Shown in pieces: positions 53,197 through 64,000 of a stretch of 64,000 bases of DNA. Position 1 is the stretch's first letter; every line of letters begins with the position of its first letter. The stretch spans positions 173,476,001-173,540,000 of the forward strand of contig OX597815.1 of NCBI GenBank assembly GCA_951406725.2, given 5' to 3'. Both the position numbers and the translations under genes were made by a program. The stretch is from Octopus vulgaris (lineage: Eukaryota). The notes under the pieces were generated by a model. The model was given only the letters and a program-made list of their open reading frames with translations, was not told the DNA's origin and made no database searches.

Positions 53197-53649
53197 TGTA
53201 GTGACGCTACTGTGGAAGTTTCAGCGAGCATGCACAGAATTGGATTACTTCCGGTAGGCCACCAGAAGTTCCCTCATGCGCATGCGCAGGAACTGCAACC
53301 TGAAAGCATCTCTGCTAAATCTGTCCTTTGGAAGAGCAGCCCTAACGAGTGGACATGACTAAAACTTCTCTCAGGGAAAACCCTACGCACAGAGAAGCTC
53401 TCTCTTTGAAGCGGGAATGGAGACCGTATCTTCTTGGCTCACCCGTTCCCGCTTTGAAGAGAGAGCTTCTCTGTGCGTAGGGTTTTCCCTGGTCTGCTCA
53501 TTAGGGCTGCTCTTCCAAAAGACAGATTTAGCGGAGACGCTTTCAGGTTGCAGTTCCTGCACATGCACATGAGAGAACTTCCAGCAGCCCACCGGAAGTA
53601 ATCCAATTCTGCGCATGCGCGCTGAAACTTCCACAGTAGCGTCATTACA
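53197..53649. mobile_element. 453-bp fold-back (palindromic) non-autonomous element, TGT...ACA termini, Ginger-like
   Basis: Arms of about 205-225 bp are near-perfect reverse complements (tgtagtgacgctactgtggaagtttcagcg / cgctgaaacttccacagtagcgtcattaca) around a loop of about 20 nt; flanks ctat/ttat resemble a 4-bp TSD with one mismatch. Confidence 0.85.
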
Positions 53650-54267
53650 TTATACTCATGGAAAAAACCACATGATGTTCCAACAGATAAAAAGAAGTAC
53701 CACTTTAAGAGTGTTAGCTACAGATTTATTTATTTAGCTTTACTGAGATAGTCTAAAAGGGTGTGTAATATAATGATTTTAAGATGAACACCTGAATCAC
53801 TATTCTGTAATTGGTTGTAACTGCCACTTAAAACATTTAATAACAGCCAATGTAAAAGTTGATTGGTTGGGTGATTTCTTCAGTCATGCTTTATATAGTT
53901 TAGTGGGAGTGGGGAGAGTAAACGTAAAAGGTGCACATACAAAGCTTGGTGGCAGGTAATGAGTAAAAGAACACTAGCTACATATACAGAGAGAGAGAGA
54001 GAGAGAAAGAGTCATAGAGGCAGAGAAGTAAATGGCAGAGTAGTCATGGAAGGAATTATATTGAATGGAAAAACAGATGAATACATACACATATACATAC
54101 ATTAGGACTTATGCATATAGTGTAAATAACTTGGTATACACATTATTGGAGAAAATACATTTTCACTTTATTTCTTAGTATATACTAAAAACATAAGTAA
54201 AAAAAACTGAAAACAAAATTACTCTGAATTTATTTTATATTATGGAAGTTCTTTTTATGTACACACT

Positions 54268-55060
54268 CACAAATATCCATCTAAACTGGTATAATTGATG
54301 ACAAGCCTTAAATACAGCATAAGGTTTGTCTTTTTTCATCTCCACTTGGTGGTAAACACTTTGTAGGTCCAGTGTACTGAAGACATTATCTAGAGTCACT
54401 TCCCTGGTTATCTCCTCAATGTTTGATAGAGGGTAAGTATCTAGTTACAGCAATTTTTTGTCAGTGAATAATTGATGACCATACATTTCTTATGGTTATT
54501 ACCAATACCTGGACACTCCAAAGAAACTTACTTGGCTCAATAACACCTTCCTTGAGCAAACAATTTATAAATTTTTTGTTATTCAGAGAACGTTGTTAGG
54601 TTTTGCAGCTATGTTGTGAGATTATGAAATAGAGAAGGTAGGAAAAAAACATTAGCGAGCCCTCAGGCAGTCAGAGTAGATTTAATCTTACCAAATGGAA
54701 TCTTGACAGAAAAGTAGTACTTAAGGAAGTTTTGTTCCAAGATGACATCACAATAAAGATTGAAGATAATAGAGAACATGAAACAACAATAATAATCATT
54801 TGAAAATTCTGCACTGGTTTGATTTAAGAGAGGTAGTAGCCATTGAGAGTAACCATTTGTTGGATTTTCTTTCTATTTGTGCCTGTTTACTAGGTCCTTG
54901 TTCAGGAAGCTTTCTGAGTTTCCTGTGTCCACCACTAATGCCTTGGCTTTTCTTCCATTTATTCCTCTGTCCACGACAGCACATGACAAATAGTGAGATG
55001 AAGCAGCAGAAAGTGCAACTATTGTGGATATTCTTGAAGGTGTAGATTGAGGAGATTAGC
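54268..55060 (-). mobile_element. Gypsy/Ty3 LTR-retrotransposon pol relic (protease + RT N-terminus)
   Basis: INGRKAKALVVDTGNSESFLNKDLV (aspartic protease, DTG at 54921-54929), then EPSKFLWSVQVLV, LDTYPLSNIEE, VFSTLDLQSVYHQV, LYQFRWI. Confidence 0.85.
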
Positions 55061-55274
55061 TGTAACGTTCCTTCTTACTAATGTATTTTAATTGGAAATA
55101 TCTCTTTAACACACACACGAAACACTGCTGCAGTGTTTCATGTTGAAGAATGATTGAAGTGTAAGAGTAGCATTTTCCTGCAGAGTTTCCCACCCCCACC
55201 CCTTCCCAGAACAACTATATCTACATTAATTGAAAGAGAATGTACAAAATATGCAGAGTGTTTTTCAACCATTT

Positions 55275-55592
55275 CCAGTGGCACGTAAAAAGCACCATTT
55301 GAGTGCGACTGATGCCAGTGCTACCTGACTGGCAGCCGTGCTGGTGGCATGTAAAAAGCACCATTTGAGCATGGCCAATGCCAGTGCTGCCTGACTGACT
55401 CCCGTGCCAGTGGCATGTAAAAGCACCCAGTACACTCTTGGAGTGATTGACATTAGGAAGGGCACATCCAGTTGTAGAAACCTTGCCAAATCAGATTGGT
55501 TCCTGGTGCAGCCTCCCAGCTTGCCAGTTCTCAGTCAAACCGTCCAACCTATGCCAGCATGGAAAGCGGATGTTAAACAATGATGATGATGA
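55275..55592 (+). mobile_element. SINE-type repeat with internal tandem units of about 65 bp and (GAT)n tail
   Basis: Three gtggca(c/t)gtaaaa(a)gcacc units, then the tail shared with 24105 and 43968. Confidence 0.8.
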
Positions 55593-58500
55593 TTTTTGGT
55601 CATCAAGTAAACATTGTCATATTTGTGAAGAAGAAAGGTCATTAATAAAGGGTCTCTTCTAAAGTCATCCCTTTATTACTCAGCTGTTACTGCCTTGAAG
55701 TTACAATCTTTTGCTATGAAATTTAATATTTACAAATACTAGCCTTGTGATTCATTAAATTCTTATCATTAGGTAGTCAAAACATGCTGTGCATTACTAC
55801 ATTCTTTGGTTTGACATATACAGCCAGCAAAACATTTACACCAGCGTCAGAGAGAGTCACATCAGTAATGTATTCAAATACCTATGATGATAAATATAAT
55901 TGATTAAATAATTCAGCTTGTTGATATTTTATTCTTCAACCTGTAGTGTTGCAATAAAATTTTGAAGCATTTTCTGCCAGTGTAGCCACTATTTAGCAAC
56001 AAGTGTATCATCGGGTCAACACCCAAACATTCAAGATGGAGGAACTTTCCACAGTGAAATCGTGAATAAATTGACATAGGTTAAGACTAGTTTACTTTTC
56101 TCAGGTTTTATTCACCATTAAACAAAACACATATTGTTTGTTAGAAACTGATGGACAGCCTCAATGTGAAACTGAATCATAATAGCACAAACAAGGGAAG
56201 CTACTTTATAATGGTTATGTTATAGTTTTTTAAGAACTTTCAAAGCATATAATTTATTTATACAAAATGGTAGGAGTGCATTAAAAATTGAAAATAATAA
56301 AATCATATAGCATGAATTTATTAAGTTAGGTCTTAAAAAATTTCACAAAACACAATTCACATCTACCAGAAATTTTTTTTCTTTCTAGTCTTTTGTTTTT
56401 TTTTTGTTATGTAAACATAAAATTCACTTGATTTCCTTAGTTGAAAATGTTTCATTAGTTTTCCAATACGATTTAGACACAACACTGGAATTTTCTTACT
56501 TTTGATGTGTTCTTTCATTACTCTTGTGGAATGCTTTACAAGCGTATAATGGCATAGTTTTCACCAAGATTTCTAGGTAAAGCTGTCATTTTCCTGTTCT
56601 TCATTAACAAATGGTGAATCTATCAGTTCATTCTTTTAGTAATTTTTCACAGCTACTTTGACTGGGGATGGTTAAAACAGCCACCAGTTTCAATGGTGTT
56701 CACAGCATGATGAACAGCAGTTACTATGCATTCAACTTCGGCAGCTTTGGCTCAAAAAGCCCATTACAGTTTAGGCAACTTGACAATTGTTGATATGTCT
56801 CTCTGATGAAATGCTTTATTTGTTTACTCCTCACAAAAGTTTAACTAAGAGTACAATATAAGATATAATTAAATTACCTTTTAAAATGTTCTTAAAATGA
56901 TTCATTATTGTAATTTTATTAATATTGTTAATAATTGCATTATAGTAAAAAGAATCTCTTTTTATTTAATACATAATTTGAATCATGATAAATAGATAAA
57001 AATAATATACTTTTGTCATTAAACTAAGTGACATCGTTATAAAACTACATACAGGCAAACACAAAAGCACAAATGACCATATGTAATTAGACAGACATGT
57101 AAGATATTAGCTACTCCCATGTTTAAAGAATTGAAATAAAACTCCAGAGGCTTATAAAATTTGGTCAGTATTTGATTTTCTTCGATTGTAGTGCAATTGT
57201 ATCAGTAAACTTGTTTATAGAAGTGCAACGGAAATTTTGTGACACTTAATGGTAATAGACAATAATATTATTAAGAAATAAATATAAGTGTAACAAATTG
57301 CAGTATTCTCAAATGGTTAAAATAACTCTTCACAATGCAATTGTAATAAATAAATAAAACAATTAATATCTACCAAATTTCACTCACAAAACATTGGTCA
57401 ACTCAAAGCTATAGTAAGAAACCTTTGCTTCGACTGTGTGCAGTGAAATTTGAATCTTGAACCATGTGATTGTACCATGTAGCCTGCAACTAATCATTTT
57501 GGTCATCAGTAAAGAATCTACAATCTACTTTAGCCAAAAGATACTTTGCTATAAATTATTGTTCAAATCAAATTTCTCAAATTATTTCTAAATTATCCAA
57601 ACAGAAATTTGCCTGGAGATCAATTTTCAAATTTATGCAATTATAGGTTCGACTGAAGAGAAAACATACAAAATATTGTATTTCTAAATCTCAATAGTTA
57701 GTTGAACATTTCAACATTTGTTCTGGTGAACACAGGTTAAAATTATCAAAATATGTAACCTTGTTTTCTATTATATTTTCTAACTTTTGAAGAGGAGACT
57801 TATTTTCAACAGAAAATACTATTCCTTTGCAAGTATTAAAATATCTTTCAATGTGTTTATAAATGTGTCTGGTTATTAACTTCTACAATAAACTACAAAG
57901 ACAGACAGAAAACATAAGTAATGATTTTAAGAACTAAAATTTGTAGAACTATAATTACTCAATTGCTATATATTCTATAATTTTGTTTTCTATTAAGTCT
58001 TTGTATATTATGAACCAATTTTATTAATTTTAAGTCAAAATAGAAATCTCATCAGGACTAAACATTTCAGATTCCGATTTGCTTTTTTTTTTTAAAAGCT
58101 AAATGCTTAAAACTTTATTTATGAATTAGCTTTCAGTACTAGTGAACTATTTTTGAGAAGAGAGGAATGGTCAATTACATGAACCAAAATAAATGACTGG
58201 TATTTATTCCATTGAGCCTCAAAGATGAAAGACAAAGTTAATTTCAGCAGGATTTGAACTTGGAATGTAAAAACCCAGAAAGAATATTACAAGGCATTTT
58301 CCCCAACATTCAAGCAAGTCTGGCAGAATAAATCAAAATTATTTCATTAGAACAGAAACTGTACAGTACACTTGTACTCCTTTAATATTTGTATTCCTTT
58401 AGAAGAAAGAATAAGTCTAATGAATTTCTTAAAAAGACATTTCAAGAAGGATTTTCAGTTTTTTTTGTTACGTTTTATAGTAGTATATGATTTCCATATC

Positions 58501-58649
58501 ATTAGTACCTAAAATATTACTAAAATGTTTCCACTCTAACTAGTTTTTCAGTCTTATTTTGATCTAAATTTAATGTTACATATATATGTATTAGTGTGTG
58601 TGTGTGTGAGCATGCAGATACCTGCACAAGCATGTATTTATGCATGTGA

Positions 58650-59040
58650 AGGCTTGGCTGTGGTGCTAAGATGTTTGCTTGGCAACTGCAAGGTTTCAGA
58701 TTTAGGCCCACTGCATGAAACCTTGAGCAAGTGCTTTCTATTATAGTCTTAGTGAATTTGGCAGACAGAAACTGCAGAAAGCTCATCGTGTGTGTGTGTG
58801 TACACATGAATACTGGCATCCTATGTCTTGGCTTGTTGCTACCAGTGATATGATATATTACATTATCTGTTGACATTACAACAGGTTGAGTTGAATTTTC
58901 AAAGATTTGACAAATCAAAATAATCCCTCACTTGAAAAACAGGTAAGGTTTGGTGATAGAAGAGCATCCAACTATAAAAGTTTGACTCAAATGAGCTCCC
59001 AGCCAACAAATTCTAGCATAGAAAAATGGAACTTAATTGA
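58650..59040 (+). mobile_element. tRNA-derived SINE (decayed)
   Basis: tggctgtggtg...ccttgagcaagtg...gaatttggcagacagaaactg, then a tail with aaacaggtaagg. Confidence 0.7.
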
Positions 59041-59054
59041 ATGAACAAATTAGA

Positions 59055-60725
59055 ATTGTTGTTTAAACATTCACTTTTCCATGCATGCATAGTTCAGATG
59101 GAATTCATACAGGGCAGATTTTTCTATGTTTGGATGCTCTTCCAGTTACTAACTCTCGCCTGTTCCCAAAGTAAAGTAATACTATCCCATAGTCAGAAAT
59201 GTTTCTAAAGAAGACTGAAAATAAATAATACCACTTACAAAGTGTTTGAGCTAAATTTGACAGTTCGCATAAAACAAAAACAAAAAAAATGAAGAGTGTT
59301 TTAAAAAATCAAAAAAAAAATATCAAGTAGATTATGGCTGGGAGACAACAGTTTACACAAAGTAGCTGTCCTCAGCTTCCATTATGGCTTCAAGACAGCT
59401 CCAGAACTCAGTGCATGTATTCCTCACTAAAGATCTTCAAAAAACCCTTGATCTTGGCCACCAGCTTTACCTTGGTTGTTGCAGGCAGAGCAGTCGGTGT
59501 CTTTCTCAACTATGTGCCACGCAGAGTAATCCATGGGAATACAACCAAGGGAATTAGGAGAACAGAAATTGAGGCTAGTGAAATCATAGAAATTCTCTGA
59601 CAACCACTTCTCTTTCTGGAGGTATGGCAATGAAGTGAATCCTGCTGCCACACATATGGCCTTACAGTAGCAACCCTCTCCAGCCAAGGCTTGACCACAG
59701 TCTTCAGCAGCTTCATATAGCTGTCTGAATTAAGTTTAAGGCCCTGTTCAGATATGTGGTATGATGTCACCTTCATTGGAGACACACCCAAAAACCATTA
59801 CAGTTTGGGGGAACTTGGTTTCCATGATACATGGGACAGCACACAGATTGTAGGCAAGCCACCTGTTGTCCTAGGTATTGTGCAACAGGTCCTGGCAGAA
59901 GTTCTTTTCATCTGAGTAGAACCAGATCATTCCCAGCCCAACACAATGCCTCAGTTGTTTAGGAGTTTTTTTGCCTTTGTTAAGCAATTCTTCATGGCTG
60001 TCAGAATTTGTCCCTTATGCCACTTATATGAGTGGTAGTGAAGGTGCTCATTCAGAGCCAGCTATACAGTGGTGACTCCAACATTCAACTCTCATGCCAA
60101 AATGCCTGGTTCTCTTGTTTGGATCTACCATTACTTTGTTCTGCAGTTATTGGGTGAATTCCAGCATGCTGACATGCTCAGAATGCTTCCTGTACATCAT
60201 GGCTTTGTAGGCTCCATTGCAGCCATCCATGTCACATCTTACAGCCATTACAGTGTTCATAGAGCACTGAGCAGCAGTCATGGTGTTCAGCATTTTGATA
60301 ACCAATGCAAATCAACATTATACAGCAAACTCTTTTCCAATATTCAGATGGCTTCAGTCCCTCATGTCAGCTAACTTTTTCTTTCTTAGAACTTTTCATC
60401 TTTATGCTCTCCAACACTGTTGCCTGTTCACCAATACATCAAACTGTTCCTGAATAAAAAATCCTCAAATTTAACTCAAACACCCAGTAGATAATGACAA
60501 TGCTCATTTACAACTATCACATAATGTTAAAACAAATAGTAACACGCACATTTCATATGCATACAGACACACACATATATGATGGGCTTCTTTCAGTTTC
60601 TGACTACCAAACCCACTCACAAGGTTTTGGTCAGCTCAGAGATATGCAGAGCATACTGTATGGTGGATCTGAACATGAAATCAAGTGGTTAAGAAACAAA
60701 CTTCTTAACCACATAGCCATGTCTG
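59055..60725 (-). mobile_element. SINE split in two (59055-59237 and 60488-60725) by a maT transposon
   Basis: Joining the two flanks reconstitutes the uninterrupted copy seen at 11420-11820. Confidence 0.65.
59238..60487 (-). mobile_element. Full-length (1250 bp) decayed Tc1/mariner transposon, maT (DD37D-like) family
   Basis: TA flanks on both sides; TIRs caaagtgtttgagctaaatttga / tcaaatttaactcaaacacccag. Transposase motifs WFYSDEKNF, TKFPQTVMVFG, YVWQQDS, SPNSLGCIPMDY, with about 36-37 residues between D2 and D3 across a frameshift. Confidence 0.92.
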
Positions 60726-62444
60726 TACTTTTGTTTTTGTGTGTATATGTATGCACACGCATATAATAAATTTGGTATGTGTTTACAACACCTTGCTTTG
60801 TGGAGTCTTGAAAAATAGCATTTCTCATGGCCTTAAGTATGAAATTATGTTATTAAATCATAAATTACACATCTAGAGATTCTGAATTATTTTATTTATG
60901 GAATGCATAAAATATGAAATGCATATACTTTTTGGTATACTAGAGTATTTATTTATAATTTAGGAGCAAAGACTACCCACAGGCTTTTTTTGTTCAAGGA
61001 TAGAAGGTAAATTTAAAATATTGAATAATTAATTAAAATTTCTGAAAGTTTTCTCATCAATATATATGCAGGGAGTTTTACAGGAAAGAAAATTGGAGTG
61101 AAGCATATAACATTATGCTTACACAAAGAGAGAGATAGATACAGTATAAAATATAGCAATGTAGTGTACCATGTAATGACTTCTTTTATGGGTGCAATCT
61201 CTAAAGTGTTGTGGGTGCTCTATCTCAGATATATAAATAGTACTCAAATGTTGAACATACTTGTACTAAGAAACAATGGTCAGCAACTGTTTAGGTCATG
61301 ATATTTACTAGCCCTGAAGAAAACCCCCCTCAGTTTTTGGTATGTTACCTTACTGTTATAAATGTACGATCTACCTAAGAAGTCATTAGACTTATATGTT
61401 TATAAAGAGTGACAATGTTAGTTGTAGAGGTGAAGCAAACTTGTTCACATAAGTACCAATTAAAAAAAATACAATACTAATGCTGCAAAGATTTATACAA
61501 ATTTGTGTGACAATGTAAGGTGATGATATAAAAGACAAGAAGACAGGATTAAATTTCCTCTCTGAGACACAAAGTCATCATTATCATTATTATAGTTATC
61601 AATTTATTTTTCAATGGTTGACTTGCAACACATAAAAGATTAATGTATCTGAATCTGAGAGTTTACAGCGCCTCCTATGTTATGTTCGTTAACAGAATCC
61701 ATCAAAGAAAAACACATAAAAAATACAATCTTGACGAAAACCATATGGAAACCATCAAACTAGTATTATATAAACAAATTAATACTTCAGAAGAACTAAT
61801 GTAGCTTACAATAAAGCAAAACAAAAACTGAATGCTTCAAAAGGAAATTACAAAGGTGCATTGCCTATGGCACAAGTTGTTACTGAATATAGGACTGAGA
61901 AACTATTAGTATGTTACACTAAAGAGAGAAAAAGACAGCACATTTAAAAGCATTCCCAAGTGTGAAGAGAAGATATTAAAATAGAAATTCAATAAAATAG
62001 ATAGGAATGAAATATTGTTTTTAAATAGTAGTTTTAAAATATACAACAAAATTATTTCAATAGCAGACACAATAAGCAATGTGTGGAAATATTTAAAACA
62101 TAATTGAAATCTGGATAAGATGAGGTACTGAATATGGAAAATGAATACCAGAGATTTCAAAAGTAAATTAAATTCAAGTGAAATAAAAAGTTACAAGGAA
62201 TGAGGATAAGAACACGAGCTGCTCAGGATGAAGAATAAAAAGATAACATATGTTTATAAGATGAAAATAGATGTTGAATACTAGGGATAAAAAACAAAAA
62301 AGTTGAATACCTGTAGTATATCATACCCAGAATAGAGGTAAACCAAGATCTAGAAGACAGGGTTGATGCACACACTAAGGCTAACAGAGGAAATAACTAC
62401 AACTAGATGCATGTTTACTTAATGCAAGTATTAAAAAGCAGTGA

Positions 62445-62600
62445 ATGTGAGTGGCTTAGTGATTAGTATATTCGACTCATGAATATAAAGTCATGAGTTT
62501 AATTCCCAGCAGTATGTTGTTCCAGTCCACTCAGCTGACAAAAATGAGTGATGCCAGCAGTTCAATGAACCAGCCTTGTCACATTCAGTAAATCTGAGAA
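62445..62600 (+). mobile_element. tRNA-derived SINE head (decayed)
   Basis: A box tggcttagtg, B-box-like gagtttaattccc. Confidence 0.55.
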
Positions 62601-63015
62601 CCAAATCAATAACATTTTTCTTTATCCTATTCAAATTATGCTTCTAGTCATTCCTTATGGATAGTTTTGAATCAAACAAAATATTAGGATTTTTGATTGA
62701 CACTCACTGTGCAGCTTTAAAGGAGAACCAAAGACTTGTTTTAATTTGCCTGAAGTGTACAGCTTAACATTTTTCTAAAGAGGTTAGAAAGCATGGATGT
62801 TCACTTAAATTAATGTGTTTTTTTAAAGTTAAAATAACTATTCTTCTTAATTTCTGCTCAGTGCTGTATTGCACATTGGACTGTCATAAGATGGCTTCAA
62901 AATCAGATTCATTTTCCCATGAAAAACAATGCAAACCTCTCAGTTAAGACTCCTCCATTTCTGGAGAAGGGGAAGCTGTGAGTTGTAAACCATGATACTT
63001 ATCACATACAATTCT

Positions 63016-63028
63016 CTGTGTGTGTGAG

Positions 63029-63083
<55 letters not shown>
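63016..63083. repeat. (TG)n(GA)n microsatellite
   Basis: Seen directly. Confidence 0.97.
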
Positions 63084-63086
<3 letters not shown>

Positions 63087-63789
63087 AAGACAGAGAGAAT
63101 CAACCTCAGTACTTACTGGTATTCTTTTTATAAACACCATGAAGACAAAAGGTAAAACTGACCTTGGTAGTGCTTGAACTCAGAGCGCAGACCTATGAAC
63201 TTGAATTTTCACTCAGATATTTGAAGGACATGGATAATTATATTTTCATTCTTGTTGCTTAACCTCAGATCTGATGTGATTGAGTAGATTTATGATTAAA
63301 GGCACTCCATCTGTCATTAAATAATTTTTTCTTTCACAAGTACAGTGTAACTATGACTGATTACATACCCAATATGCTCCTCCATATTTCTTTTTAAGAC
63401 AATAGGGTGAGATTTAAGGAGATTTGGTTGTTACTTCTAGCAAGTTGAACATAGTGTAAGCTCTCTAGATAGATTTATTTATATCACATTGATTGGTATT
63501 ACATTTTTCGTGTGATTTATGCATTAAGATATTCATGGAGAGGCGACGAGGCAGTTACTGACATCATTTTAATAATTTTTTCATCCCGGCATTGGCAGAA
63601 TGGATCTACAGTATGAAATAACTGCCAGATTTTTCAGCATTGTTATTGAATGGTACTTATTTCATGCAACAGATATCATCCAATCATACCACTTGTAGAG
63701 TGCACTTCAGAACACAAATCACTCTGTGCATGTACATTGTAAGTTTGTATGTTCCTCTCTCTCTCTCTCTCTCTCTTTCTATATATTTA

Positions 63790-64000
63790 TTCTTTTATTT
63801 GTTTCAGTCATTTGACTGCAGCCATGTTCGAGCACCAGCTTTAGTCAAATAAATTGACCCCAGGACTTGTCCTTTGTAAGCTTAGTACATATTCTATTGG
63901 TTCCTTTTGCTGAACCACTAAGTTACAGGGATGTAAACACACCAACATTGGTGTCAAGCAATGGTGTGAGCAAACACAGACACACAAACATACAGATATA
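63790..64000 (-). mobile_element. 3' half of the 19840-type SINE (runs off the window end)
   Basis: Closely similar to 19843-20040 (tcttttatttgtttcagtcatttgactgc...ttttgctgaaccactaagttac). Confidence 0.88.

Noticed and set aside
53119-53645. Two similar ORFs on opposite strands (EVSAxMxRIGLLPVG...)
   Set aside because: The similarity is simply due to the DNA palindrome; no evidence of coding.
55275-55430. Repeat-spacer-like array (gtggcacgtaaaaagcacc x3) resembling CRISPR
   Set aside because: The spacers are similar to each other, the units are internal to a SINE-type repeat, there are no cas genes and the context is eukaryotic.

Overview
AT-rich eukaryotic DNA packed with microsatellites and transposons, not prokaryotic. 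The repeat families suggest an octopus (coleoid cephalopod) genome, which is an inference from recognising them. The window appears to lie within the introns of a very large minus-strand dystrophin (DMD/utrophin-family) gene. I can support only one canonical exon: 32412->31999, 414 nt, phase 0/0, matching human DMD exons 41+42 (spectrin repeats 15-16). The most interesting signal is a 54-codon ORF at 47714->47553, too short for the ORF track. It encodes a 31-residue uncharged stretch and ends at a phase-0 GT donor 15 kb upstream of the dystrophin exon, so it is a candidate alternative first exon for a membrane-anchored short dystrophin isoform. The rest is repeats: tRNA-derived SINEs, RTE LINE relics (two with 5'-inversion geometry), CR1/Crack-like LINE relics and a full-length decayed maT transposon nested in a SINE. 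There is also a Gypsy pol relic, a 453-bp TGT...ACA fold-back element with NRF1/ETS motifs, a Helentron-type HINE, piggyBac-like MITEs and a Penelope-like fragment with a minimal hammerhead ribozyme motif. No rRNA, true tRNA or CRISPR array was found. All homology calls come from reading motifs by eye, not from database searches.
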